Assembly: GCF_018977255.1 (NCBI RefSeq)
Contig: NW_024704743.1
Location: 1,364,001 to 1,428,000, forward strand
DNA from: Callorhinchus milii
Lineage: Eukaryota
Direction: 5' to 3'
Length of the DNA: 64,000 nt
A model generated the notes under the pieces. It ran no database searches and had not been told where the DNA came from. It worked only from the letters and a program-made list of their open reading frames with translations. The position numbers and the translations under genes are program-made. Below are positions 25,771 through 39,062 of the stretch, one piece after another (within the stretch, counting starts at the first letter, position 1; every line of letters starts with the position of its first letter).

Positions 25771-26857
25771 GGCCACTTACGGTGGAGCGGAGGGCACAAG
25801 GGACGAGCAGTCTGGAGCGCTGCTGAAATCACACGCTGACAGCCGAGGGTGAAGAGCTTGAAACAAAATGGCAGTCAACTAGCCCTGTTGGTGTGGATGG
25901 AGGCCCCGGGGGCAGTTACCGTAGATGAGACGCTGTCACAAATGCCAGGAGACCACACCAATGATCTGATTTTAAGGTAAGAGGTAAGATTTACTGCTTT
26001 CAGAGATGAATGTAAACACAAAATGGTTTACTTCACTCCGAGCTCAAGTGGGGGGCACAATCCTATTCAATTTTGTGGTTCGAAATCTCTGGGGAGTCTC
26101 AAACAAAGAATAGTTTTATTCTCTCTTTTCCTACTCTCCGTTGTTATCTCCCTTCCCCCCCCCACCCACCCCCCACCCGCCGCCAACCGCTCAATCACAC
26201 TGCATAATTCTCAAGGAAATGCAAACGGTTAACGATGAAAGATATATGACTATCCACCCGCCTCCCTGCCACAATCATCTGGGAGCACTCATGCCTCTGA
26301 GTCAGAAGATTTTGGGATCAAGCTCCACGTCAGTCCTTTGAGCTCAATAACACTCAAACCTAGTTCCGGGGAGGGATGGGGATGAGACGTTAAACCTGAG
26401 GTCCCGTCTTCCTGTTCGGGTGGAGGTTGAACATCTCATTGTACGACTCAAAAAAAGAGAAGGGAGTTGCCTCTCTCCCGGTGTCCTGGCCAACGACGCT
26501 CAAGATGGAAATGGTTCACTCACTCCACGGCTGTTTGCGGGTCACTGTTGGACGCAAATTGGCTGCTGCGGTTTGCCCCTCGAAATATAATCGCTGCACC
26601 TCCCTGACCCGCAGGTGAGCACTCACGTGGCTCGCTCAACTATCGGAGATTGTCCTTCGAGCCTATCTGTACCCCTCTCTGGAACTCCATCACAGAGTCC
26701 CTCCAAATAACTCCCTCACCTCGTTCAAGCCCACCTCAAGACCTGCCTCTCCGACTGCACTTTCTATTTCGCTCAAAGGATCCGCATCTTGCCCTTCCCC
26801 ACCCACCTCGCCTCCCGCTCCCAGCTCGGTTGTCTAACTCTGGGAGAACCTGTAGCT

Positions 26858-27242
26858 GGAGTCCTGTAGCTCAGTGGTTAGAGCCCTCGCCTCGCAGTCA
26901 AGAGACCCGGGTTTGACTCCCGGGCAGGGGGGCGAAATGTTGGGCAAGTTTCTTTACTCCACACACGCGCCTCTGTTTACCGGCAGTCAGTAGGAACCCG
27001 GTTGTTAGTCGATTGGAGGATCGCTTTTCCGGGAGTAATAATCCCTTCCAAAAATAAAAATTATTTGGTCACTCAATCCACGGCTGTTTGTGGGGGACGC
27101 TGCTGTGCGCAATTGGCTGCCGCGTTTCGCCCCCAAAATATACAGTCAATTCAGTTTATACAGTATATGCTGTGAAGCCCTTTGAGACGTCTCGAAGATG
27201 TGATAAGGCGCTGTATCAAATGCAAGGACTATTTTTATTATT
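26858..27242 (+). mobile_element. Full-length tRNA-derived SINE (reference copy of the dominant family)
   Basis: GGAGTCCTGTAGCTCAGTGGTTAGAG (A box) ... GGGTTTGACTCCC (B box); body GGGCAAGTTTC..GCCTCTGTTTACCGGCAGTCAGTAGGAACCCGG; Deu-like GCTGTTTGTGGGGGACGCTGCTGTGCGCAATTGGCTGCCGCGTTTC; L2-like tail ending in ATT repeats. Confidence 0.92.
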
Positions 27243-27744
27243 GAAAAAGGATGCTTTAGCCTTCCATTCCTAGATTTTCTTTAATAAATATAATAAATTC
27301 TACGCGAAAAATGTTATTGCTTTGTTCCTTGCAGCAGCTCTCGTCTTGTGCAGAAAAAAGGGGTCAGTATGACCAGGTATTACTCGACTCTACCCTTCAC
27401 ATTTGCCAAGGTAACCAGTCTTTAAGCCAAGGAGAGTGGGCAGATTACAGTTCTCACAAGCCAGTCAACTTTTAATCAATTTGCAAAATCAAAACTCCTT
27501 TAGCTTGGCTATTCCATCTTGATATAAAATTGGACAGGAATTGGAAGAGATGTGATCTGAAGATTTTCCCCAGCACACGGGACAAGGTCTGATTTTTTTA
27601 TGCACTGGCTGCTGAAGTATAATAAATACTAACAATCCTTGCTTTTGCTGTTGCGCCTCATCACGTCGTTGAGGCGTCTCAAAGCGCTTCACAAGATATA
27701 CTCTAAAGTGGAGTGACTGTGAGTATTTTGAGGGCGAAACACCC

Positions 27745-27985
27745 AAGGAGCTGGACAGTCAGGGATTTGGACCCGAGCTGAGGGTTGGGATCGAGGCGGG
27801 TGGAGGGCGGGGAGGATAGGAGGGTGGCCGAAGGCTCGGTCGAAACAAAGGGTTTTGATACACGCCTTGCAGGAGGCGAGGGAGGAGCGAGGCGAAGGGA
27901 ATGTGGGGTGGGGGCAGAGAGGCGGAAGGCCCGGCCGCCGATGGTGGGGCGGGCCGGGCGGGGGACATGGGAGTAGGTCGGAGCG
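27745..27985 (-). mobile_element. L2 3' fragment
   Basis: VPRPARPTIGGRAFRLSAP motif. Confidence 0.78.
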
Positions 27986-27999
27986 CGCTGAGCGAAGGG

Positions 28000-28090
28000 A
28001 GTGGACAGGTTGACATCGGTTAAATTGGGGTTATTCTCATTTTGGAGGTTGAGGGATGACCCGATCGAGATGTTCAAAATACTAAAAGGA
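28000..28090 (+). mobile_element. CR1-clade LINE fragment
   Basis: RL..KLGLFSFWRLRDDPIEMFKILKG resembles the CR1 motif LGLFSLEKRRLRGDLIEVFKILKG. Confidence 0.72.
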
Positions 28091-31000
28091 ACACATTCTT
28101 CACTCCGGTTGGGAATCTTGAGCAAAACCTTAACATTGCCGTCTCAAAACACCATAGATAAAGAGTTGATTGAGGCACTTACGAAAAGCAGGGACACAGA
28201 ATTGGGAGGGTTGGCACGGACTCAATTTAATAAACTCTTGTTCGGGTTTTCTTAAGCATCGACTCAAGAGTTTGCAGAATATTAAAAACTTCAGCAATCT
28301 GTTTGGTAAGATCATCCATAAATAAAAAGTCATTACACTTCACAGTAAATCCAGTGACATGCCAGCGGGCACTGCTAGGTTGGCCATCCAGACTGAACAA
28401 ACAATATGATAAGGTGCAAAATCAAATGCGAGGTTTATTATTATTCATTATTAAGATGCCGGGCAGATACCAAAGGCCTGAGGACGCTTCATTCTGGCTT
28501 GTCACGAGCAACTACGCAAATGTGGGCACCCAACAGAAGTTTGCATCCAAGTCATTTATTCTGGTTGTTGTTTTACGTGGCACACTCAGCACAAAGTCAC
28601 TTCCATCACCTCAAACAACAAGACAGTTTTTTTGTTCAAAATCATCTTGTCCACAAGGACACCACCATAATAAAAAATAATAATAATAATCCTTGCATTT
28701 GACGCAGCGCCTCCTCACGTTGTTGAGACGTCTCCAAGCGCTTCACAGAATATACCGTAAAGTGGTGTGACTGTCTATTCTGTGGGCGAAACGGGGCAGC
28801 CAATTGCGCACAGCGGCGTCCCCACAAACAGTCGTGGATTGAGTCACCACATTATTATTACAAGCGGCGCAAGGAGCAAAGAGCTTGTTGCGAGGGGAGT
28901 AAAAAGGTGGCGAAAATTTCCTTTTTATGATGGCACAGTAACGACCAGTACAATCAAACACCAGAGGCTGTGACGGTAAAACTCAAAAGGGTCTCGATGG
29001 TTATTCCTTGGCATCTGCGGACAACATGTGATAGGTACTCCTAAAGCTTTACACACTGGAATGAGAAAGCGCCTTACTGGGAAATTTGAGAAGATGCTAT
29101 GTGCAAATTGGCTGCCACGTTCACCTCCACTGGAGCATATCCCGTGAAGGGCTTTGAGATGTCCTACCAAAGTGAAAGGCGTTAAATCAAACGTAAGGAT
29201 TATAATAATACGATTATTATTATCACTTCATGGCTGTTTGTGCGTCACTTCTGTGAGCAAATTGGTTGTCGCCTTTACTTACAAGTACAAAGACCTTGCG
29301 ATTCACACTTAAATCCTGCAAAAATCTCAACAGCATGATAAAAATAATCATAATAATAATAATCCTGGCATTTGATACGGCGCCTTATCGCGTCTTCGAG
29401 ACGTCCCAAAGTGCTTCACAGAATATACTGTAAAGTGAATTGACTGCATATTTGTGGGCGAAACGCGGCAGCCGATTGCGCACAGCAGCGTCCCCCACGA
29501 ACAGCCGTGGAATGAAGTGACCAACCTATTATTCATTAACTAATTTATTGATTCATAAATCAATTTATTATGTATTAACGCTACATTAAATGCAAGGATT
29601 ATTATTATCATTGTTAGAAAGACTTCAAGAACGTTTCAACAATTCGATTGAGGCGCTATATCAAGTGGTGACTATTCTGGGCACAGGTGATATAGTCAGT
29701 TCAGTAAAGTGAACTGCCATCAATAGTCACGTGGAGAAGGTTTAATCTGAAGGATTAAAGGACACAGGGAGAAATCCACTCCTCTTGGAATCCCATAGTC
29801 TGACACTCCAGTGCAGCGCTGGGGGTGTGCATTGTCGGAGGTGCCGTCCTTCGGATGAGAGGTAAAACCGGGCCTCCGGTCCGTTAAACAGACCGCGTCG
29901 CTATTTGAAAAGAGAATGTTGTTTCTCTCGCCCCCAAATAAAACTGTCCCCTCACTCCATGGCCGATTGTGGGCCGTCGCTGTGCGCAATTGGCTGCCGC
30001 GTTTCACCACGAGGTGTTAAGGCTCCTCCGTATCAAACGCGAGGATTGGGGTTATTATTATCTCAGTTAACATCGTACCCGAGAGGCCGACACCTAAATA
30101 ATTAAGAAGAGACCATCTCCGAGATACGAGGGGGTGGGAAGGGATTTAAGATTCATAGGTGTTCCATCGAGCAAATGTGAAACATCACACTTCAGTGAGA
30201 ATGCACACAATAAGATCCTGTTCGGCAACAGGACATGCAGATGACTGACTACAAGGACACGTCATTCACTGGGTTAACAATGAACACAATTTGACCGTGA
30301 GTTGAGTGGGGGGGGGGGGGGGGGAGGGAGAGAGAAAAAAAACATCAATACTTGCAACTTGCAACCCTAGGATTTCCATGAGGATTCACCGAGGTACTGC
30401 GGAACAATAGTTCCCGCTAATTCGAATACCGAAGATGGAGCATTCATTAGTCGATGAGTCGCGCTGCGTCAGGGTTTTAGCTACAAGGAGAATAATTTGT
30501 AGAGTCCTATTTCCTCTCACAATCATAGAGCAATCTATGTTTAGCTGATTTGAGTACGTGCATCGTTTGATGTGGAAGTAAAACCCTTTGGGATCTGAAG
30601 GGTCTGCGTGGAGATACCGGACGAGGACGGGCGCGAGGCACCATAATCTACCTCAGCGACGCTTCCCGCTCCAGATTCCTGTGGAGCTCTGTAGCTCAGA
30701 GCGCTCACCTCGCCGAGCGAGAGACCTGGGTTGGATTCCTGGGCGGCGCGAAGCTTTGGGCAAGTTTTCTTTGATAATTCCTTTTAAAAAAAAGTGGGCC
30801 ACTCGACCCACGGCTGTTTGTGGGGACGCTGCTGCGCGCAATCGGCTGTTGCGTTTGGCCCGCAAACAGTTCAACTGACTTTACAGTCTACCCTGTGAAG
30901 CGCTTTGGGATGAAGACGCGATAAGGCGCCGTGTCAAATGCCAGGGTTATTATTCTTAAATTCCCCCGTTGGTAAAAAGAAACGCCGCAAAATAGAACCA

Positions 31001-33161
31001 TTGAAAATTTACAGCACAGGAGGAGGCCGTTCTGTACACACACCTTTAAAGAGCAATCCATTCGGTCCCACTTACCTGCCCTTTTAACCCCATACCGCTG
31101 CGTTCAGTCCTTTTTAGATATCGATCTAGTTCGCTTTTGAAAGCTAACATGGATTATGTCTCAACTCTGCTCCCAGCAGAATCCATACAAACTTTCAATC
31201 TACGTACATTAGTGCAAAGACAGCGGACCTCTGACTGCACTGCATTTCACAATCTAATATAGCAGACGGATAATATAGCCATCGATGAGATGCCAGAAGG
31301 GAATCCACGGGATCGTGTGTGTGTGTGTCCCTCCCCACAATTCACGCCCTCAAGACAAAGTGTGAAAGGGAAAATAAACAGGAGACTTCACGCCGGGTCT
31401 TTATCGAGACCACATTCCAATCTGACTCAATGCCGGTCAGCTATTTTTATGTGATGACAATCATAAATAATAATAATAATCCTTATATTTGATATATTCG
31501 CGCCAGGACGTTCCAGTGTGCCTCACAGGATGTACTGCAAAATGCAGTGACTTGTGTGTTGTGGGTGAACACCAACAGCCATGAAGTGAATTATCAATTT
31601 TTCTCAGGGACTTGTTGGCCAGGAGAGCAGGTGAGAGAAACTCCCTTCTCTTTTCCGAGTCGTGCTATGGGATCTTTAACAGCCATTTAAAGAGGCACAG
31701 ACGGGCACAGGGGGCCTTGGTTTAATAATAACAATCCTGGCATTTGATACAACGCCATATCACGTCTCCGAGACGCCTCAAAGCGCTTCACAGGACATGC
31801 TGCGTAGTGAATCGACTGTATATTTTGTGGGCGAAACCCGGCAGCCAATTGCACACAGCAGCGTCCCAGAAAGAGTGATGGAGTGAGTGACCAGATTATC
31901 ATTTCATCTGAAGGACGATACCTTGGTAGTTTGCATAATCTGGTGGTTGAATGAGGGTGAGAGGGGAATGGATTGTGACTGTGGTTAAGAAAAGCCCGAG
32001 GCCAGTGAGAGAGAGTTACGACTCTACTGTATTGTCTTTCACCTGTTTCACCGGTCTCTCTGGCTCTGAAATACTGAAGCGATGCATTATGAAACTCGCC
32101 CTCTTTAAAAATTCCAGTCAATTTTGTTTTCAAAATTATTTCAAAAAAAGTGAAGCGTACAGGCACGTTATGGAGATGGGTGGGAAGACAGTCAAGACAA
32201 ATGAAGGGCAGGAGAGTGCACGTGTGAGAATGCGTGTGTGTGCGTGTGTAAATAAGAGACACAGAGAGAGAGACTATAAGTGTGTGTGTGTGAGAGAGAC
32301 AGAGACACGGAGAGAATAGTATTAATAACAATCCTTGCATTTGATGTAGCTAGAGCCTTATCACGTCTCTGAGACGTCTCAAAGCACTTCACAGAATACT
32401 GTAAAACTTTGTACTTTGCAGGCGAAACGCGGCAGCCAACTGCACAGTAAGTGAGAGAGAGACAGAGAGAGACGGACGGAGAGAGAGAGCACAGCGTGAG
32501 CACTCTATTCCCACTCACGCTGCACCATTAGGTTCGTCTGGCCAACGAGACCAATTAGCTGCTTTGCTGTGTTAAATAGACCGACAGAGAACGGAGCGAA
32601 AGAGAGAGAGAGAGAGAGAGAGAGAGGAAGGTATAAATGAGCTGTACGGGGCTTATAACACGTTCGGAACAAAGGAAAAACGAGAGGATCGTTCCGTCTA
32701 CGCAAGCTCCACTTTGCCTCCAGGGTCAGGCGGAGTGACAGCGTGGATTGGATCGATCGTGTAATTACCGGTGGTCGGAAAAAAAGCAGGCTCCAACTGG
32801 AATATCACAGGGAGCTCAGCGACACAGATCCAAAATACATGCCCTGTTCTCAGATCAGCGTCGGGGTGGGGGAGAACATTCACCTCCCACTGAAGGAAAC
32901 ACAATTATTTTTTTACGTTCTGATTGGAACTCTGAACCTCCGCTACAAAGACCAACCCCGTTTACCCCCTCCCACCCCCACCACACCTCCCGAGAGACTG
33001 ACAAGAGGAGATTCACTGGGGAGATGCTAAGGACGAGAGAACACTTATGATGAAAAGCTTTGGTACTTTTTTTAAAAAAAAAACACTGGGCTCCATTCAC
33101 TGGGGGAAAAAAAAAGCTCTCCATTCACTGGAGCAGGCAAAGCTAAGAGAGTCCAGCAGAC

Positions 33162-33491
33162 ATAATAATAATAATAATAATAATCCTTGCAATTCATATA
33201 GCGCTTTTCACGTCTTCTAGACGTCTTAAAGCTCTTCACAGAATAGACTGTAAAGTGAATTGACTGTATAATATGTGGGCGAAACGCGGCAGCCAATCGC
33301 GCACAGCAACGTCCCCACAAACAGCCGTGGACTGAGTGACCAAATTGTTATTGCTTTTTTTTTCTTGAGGGATTATTATTAGGCTCTGTGTGGAGTAAGG
33401 AAACTTGCCCACGGTTTCGCCCTCTGCCTGGAATTGAACTCAGGTCTCTCGCTTGCAAAGCGAGTGCTCTAACCACTGAGCTACAGGACTC
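33162..33491 (-). mobile_element. SINE, near full length
   Basis: Family match with a long (taa)n tail. Confidence 0.88.
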
Positions 33492-36400
33492 CACAATGTT
33501 CTACAAGACATGTTCAAAGCTTCAAAATAAATAACGATTTCTACCGGTTCAGGTCACTCAAACTCCAGATTAAGATTTCGCGCCCACGAAATACACAGTC
33601 AAGCGCCTTGAGGCGTCTCCAAGACGTGATCAGGCGCCAAGTCAAATGCAAGGATTATTTATATTTGTGCCTGGAGTTGTCCTTGGCCTCCGGGATAATC
33701 CTGGAAAGGAAAATTTGGCTTCAATGAGAGGTCTTTGTGTGAGCCAGCCAAATACGGCAAAGGACTGTTAGGTTGGATTTAGACCAGGCTGCGGTTTGAA
33801 GGTGCAGAAGTGGGAGGTGTACCCATCGTACCTGTGCTGGCTCTTTGAAAGAGCCTCCAACTAGTCCCACTCTCTCCCTATTTACTCTCATCAAAACCCC
33901 TCATGGTGTGGTACACCTCTATCAAATCTGCCCTCAACCTTCTGTGCTCTTGAGGAAGGAGAACAATCCCAGGTAGGAGGCAGTGCGGGAGGTGCCAGGG
34001 CTTGGAGACTCTTAGCCAGGGTATTTGGGGGGAGGGTGATCAAGGAGGCAAGGTCAAGGCTAGCGAGAAGAGTGTCATTGGGTCAGGAGTTTAGATGACT
34101 TGAGGGCAGGAGAGTGGCAGCGGGGGGGCGATATCCAAACAGGTTGAGACCACAACAACAGTGAACAGGATGCAGAGCTAATCTGCAGTACAGGATGTGG
34201 AGCTAAATTAGGTACTGCATACAGTTTTGGTCAATGTGACACAGGTTCGTCATCCAAGTCCTTGGGACATCACAGAGGAGAACAAGCAACTAGGAGCCGT
34301 GGGAGAATTACTCGAATCTCAACCCGGGACCCGACGGAAGGCAGATCTGATTATAGCACCTTATCCTCATCGCTGAAATGTTCCCAAGCACTTCACAGCA
34401 AGAAAGCGAAGGGAGTTAAAAGCGAGGGCGGGGTTCAAGGGTGGGAAGGAATTCAGCTCTTGTGAACACCAGTAAACAGGATCCTACGAAAGCAGGATCC
34501 TACTGCTTGCAGCTGGTGCAACTCGTGTTGCGTTGGTCAGCTCATGCTCACATCAATCTGGGCAGGCTGCCAACTCAATGCAAATTTGGAAAGCACGTCA
34601 CTGACCTGAGCTATATGTTCTGAGACAAGCATCTTGATTTTTTTGGATAGTGGGAATCAGAAGAAAGATGAGGAACTCAGATCGGCAGAAAACACAGGAA
34701 CAGGAGGAGCCCGTTCAGCCCCTCGAGCCTGTTCCGCCGTTCTATCAGATCACGGCTGATCTGTACGTCCGACTCCAATTTGTTTTCCCAAAAAAATTTT
34801 AATTCAAAATTTAAAAAAAAACACACAATTAAAAACTAAAAAGAACTAAATTAAAAATAAAAAATCTCACGGGAACAATGTTTAACTTCGATGCTTCGCG
34901 AAGGCACCAGTACGCATCAAGCTTTTATAGACTTCCGGAGCATGAATAACTAATGTTTTTTTGGTCAGTCTGTTTGACACAAGAGAAAACCCATCACCGT
35001 GTTTAAGAGTACCCAAACCAAACAGAGTTCCACCTATATTCTCGAGATCGTCAATAAATAAGTCAGCTTCCACGGATCCAATGTCTGAGATAAACTTATA
35101 TTAGGCCTCAGTGAAATGTCCCAGAAACTCAGGTCAATAGGAATTATGAAAATAATAATGATCCTTGCTTTTGAAATAGTGCCATAATCATGTCGTGGAG
35201 ACCTCTCAAAGCGCTTCACAGAATATATTGTAGAGTGAAGGGACTGTGTGTTTTCGGGGTGATATGAGGTAGCCAATTATGCACTGCAGTGTCCCACAAA
35301 CAGGCTTGAAAGACCAAATTTTTTTTTGAGACGAGTGTTCTAACCATTACGCTCCGGGAAACTATGGTTTTGCACTATTCCATTCGTTATTAGCAACCAC
35401 ATGGTCCTCACCAGACGAGCAGTGGGAAGCTTGCCAGTCAGCTTACTCTGATTATTGAGAGCAAGTGTTGGCCAATGCAACTTGAGTTGTAACAGCTGTA
35501 AGCAATAGGATGCTGTCTTTATAGAATCCTGTTTTGTTGGTGGTTCACAAGGGCTTCATCCATCTCTGACATTGTCATGGGTTGACTTTCTCTGCAAAAG
35601 TCAGCCTGGCGCGGTGGTAATCTCTTGCCTCAGAGCCAGAAGGCTGTGGGTTCAATAGTAAGCTGCAAACTTTAGCTGGTTAAGCTGCAGCAGTATCTCA
35701 ACACAACCTGTGGTGTCCAGGGTCAAGTCAACTTGCACCTTGCAAATTCGCCATGCTAAAGAGAAAAAGCAGGGGAGTGAGACTGATTGGGTGGCTCTTT
35801 GAAAGAGCAGGCACATTCGATGAGCCGAATGGCCTCGCTCTGTGCTGCAGGATTCTACGATTCTATGATACTCAAGATGAGCAGGTTGTGTCTTCATAGG
35901 GTCCTATCATCAACGGGTATGGAGTGTGAATCCTGTCCAGAATAATGGGATTGAAGTCCGGATCGAGGCTGCTTTTAGCAATGAAGGGACTACCAGAATT
36001 AGTTGAGAGATTATATAACAGTGATTAGGAATGTTGATCGATGAAAGGATAGGGGCCACAGGAGATGCATGTTGGTCAGACTTGCCAGAGACACGAAGGA
36101 ATAGTTAAAACATCACCACTGAAGATCACAGGTTGAGTGATTGTCATTGAAATAACACTAATAATAACACTACGACTAATAATAATCCTCGCATTTGATA
36201 TAGTGCCTTTTACGTCTTCCAGACGTCTCAAAGCGCTTCACAGGATATACTGTAAAGTGAATTCATTGGCTGTACAGCAGATGCAAGGATTATCATCATG
36301 GTGCACCAAAATTTACAGCAAGCTGCATTTGCAAACTTTCTCTCTGTTAATGAGAAGAAACGAACACAACAAAGCTAAAAAAAACGCAATCTAGAACCCT

Positions 36401-37608
36401 TGCCCTATTATGGACGCAAATTGTTAATTTTAACCACTATTTATTTTATAAGTTGAGACGCCCTTGGCCAGAGTCACTGAGGTTCGGGTTCTAAATCATT
36501 TTATCCCATTATTTTCAGAATGCAAAAGGTTCCTCACAACGGAGCTGCACTAACGACGGCTATTATACAACTGAGCCCTTGATTATTTAATCTAAGTAGT
36601 TTTCTTTTAGCGCTTCTGTCCTTTACCTAACAATTCACGGCAACAAGCAAGGTGAACGCCACCTTAACCCAACCCAATGGAAACCACAGTCCTTTTAGAC
36701 AACCTGCAAAAGATCACTCTCCTTACCAAAAAAACAGCTCAATTGACAAGAAGGAGCTCGAGGGGAGGAAAAAAACACAAAACTGACATAAGTAGGACAA
36801 GGTGGGAAGTGTTTAAAAATCAAAGGGAGGGAAACAAGAACATCTGAAAACACACACAGGAAACGAACTGGACCAAGCCCGCTCTTCGGAAGCTTTAAAA
36901 AGGAGTCGGAAGGTTACGATCGAACTAGAAAGCACGGTTTTCACGCTGAGCCATCAGAAATAAATGTCAATTCGTCCCACGGAGAGCCTGGGCTGCTTTA
37001 GTCACCCAGGCAATGCCAAGCTGCAGGGCAGGCAGGCCCTGCTTACCCGATTCACAAGGTTATTACAACAACCACTTGCATTTATATAGCGCCCTTCACT
37101 TGAGTGCTTATTATTAGGCAAAGGTTGGTAAGAGCCAACGCTTGGGGAACCCTACAGTCCCAGCTGATTGAACTCTATAGTTTGCCACTTCAAGCCCTGT
37201 TTGGCAAGCTGACTGCTCGTCCAGCGAGGACCAACCTACCTGTTAAGGCTTCAGCATGCTGAGTTAATGGGAGCAGTGTGGAAAGAATTCCTGCTCAGCA
37301 CCTCCAACAACCCAGCACTGCATTGGAGAGTCAGCCTGGACTCCAGTTCAAAGTCCTGACGTGGGACTCGAACCCACAGCTTTCCGACTCGGAGGCGAGA
37401 GTGCAACCGACTGAGCCAGGCCGACACTTATTAAATATTGTAGAGAGAAAAAAAAAACCCACGGAAACGGGATCAACAATCGATCATCTCCTATAAAACT
37501 GCAGCAGACGCTCGTGTTACTGAACGAGCTCGCGCTGTTCACGGTAGGCACGGTTCTGGTGGTGCAACAGAGGTGAAGCAATGCAAGGTGATCGTGGCTG
37601 TCAAGATA

Positions 37609-37977
37609 GTAATAATAATCCTGGCATTTGACACCGCGCCTTATCACCTCGTCTCAAGACGTCTCAAAGCGCTTCACAGGATACACAGTAAAGTGAACTG
37701 ACTGTGTATTTTGTGGGTGAAACGCGGCAGCCGATTGCGCACAGCAGCGTCCCCCACAAACAGCCGCGGATTGAAGTGACCAAATTATTCTTTGTTTTCG
37801 AAAGTGATTATTACCCTCAGAAAGCGATCCGCCGATTGACTAACAACTGGGTTCCTACTGACTGGTAGGTAAGCAGAGGCTTGAAACTTGCCTGAGGTTT
37901 CGCCCCCGCCCGGGGAATTGAACCCGAGCCCTCTCGCTTGCGAGGCGAGGGCTCCAACCACTACTCTACGGGACTCC
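37609..37977 (-). mobile_element. SINE, full length
   Basis: Family match. Confidence 0.9.
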
Positions 37978-38339
37978 GTGGAGGTTACAACTCGAGGAGA
38001 AAAACGTCCAAAAAAAAAAAAAAAAAAAAGATCGGCTCTCCCTTTTGGAAAGGCCGCAACAATGGATTCGGACAAGTCAGTTCGCAGAGACTGAGATCCA
38101 GCTTTGCGAAGGCTTAAGAAGGGTTACAGGACATTGTTTTAACAGCCAAGGTTTTTTTTAAATCAATTACAATTAGCAGCTTAGATTTACAGAGTATCAA
38201 GCTGAGATACGGCAGCTCGGGAATGCTTCAAACTGATTGAGGATGTCACGTGCGATGCGCAGAACATCGGGTTACAGTGCTGAATAAAACAGTGAGGGCA
38301 AGCACGGTCCTGGCCCTGTGACACTGTCAGCTCGTTTAT

Positions 38340-39062
38340 GACTTGGGTCACGCTCTGGATTTGCAGTATAGTCAATCCCAAACTCCGCCATCCGCATACT
38401 CACGCGCACTGAACTCCTCACCCCCGTCACCCCAGTGCCAGCCAGGCTCCACTGGCTCCCCATCACCGAAAGGATCGGTTTCAAGGCCCTCGCACTCGCC
38501 TTCAAATCCCTGGTACCTCCCTACCTGTCTCTCCGACCTGCTCACTTCCCCCCAACCCGCTACCCGCCGCCTCCACTCGGCTGGCTCCGGCCTCCTGCTT
38601 CTCCTCGTGCCCTCCTTTCCATCATTGATGGCCACACTCACTTCCCCCCAACCCGCCGCCTCCACTCGGCTGGCTCCCGCCTCCTGCTTCTCCTCGTGCC
38701 CTCCTTTCCATCATTGATGGCCACACTCACTTCCCCCCAACCCGCTGCCTCCACTCGGCTGGCTCCCGCCTCCTGCTTCTCCTCGTGCCCTCCTTTCCAT
38801 CATTGATGGCCACACTCACTTCCCCCCAACCCGCTACCCGCTGCCTCCACTCGGTTGGCTCCGGCCTCCTGCTTCTCCTCGTGCCCTCCTTTCCATCATT
38901 GATGGCCACAGTTTCAGCCACTGCCCTTCGAAACTCTGGAACTCTCTCCCTCAATCCCTCCACCTCGCGCCCCACGAATGCTCATCTTCATGTTGAGTCT
39001 GAAGACCTTCGTTCTGGGGACACTGTCCTGCGTGAGGGGCAAGGTTTTGTTGTTGTTGTTGT
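38340..39062 (+). mobile_element. L2 3' fragment containing an internal tandem amplification
   Basis: ARLHWLPITERIGFKALALAFKSL..PPYLSDLL, the repeat block, then gtttcagccactg..ctctggaactctctccct..ctgaagacc and a (GTT)n end. Confidence 0.85.
38541..38910 (+). repeat. Tandem repeat, 4 units of 96/89/89/96 bp
   Basis: Unit ctcacttccccccaacccgc(tacccgc)cgcctccactcggctggctcc..cctcctgcttctcctcgtgccctcctttccatcattgatggccaca; starts at about 38541, 38637, 38726 and 38815. Confidence 0.92.

Noticed and set aside
26858..26930. tRNA-like sequences (A/B boxes, CGC anticodon-like loop) here and at many other sites
   Set aside because: No complete acceptor stem or poly-T terminator, and each continues into the SINE body. 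These are SINE heads, not tRNA genes.
31687..32340. 217-aa minus-strand ORF
   Set aside because: Begins and ends in SINE tails and crosses simple repeats; no recognisable domain.
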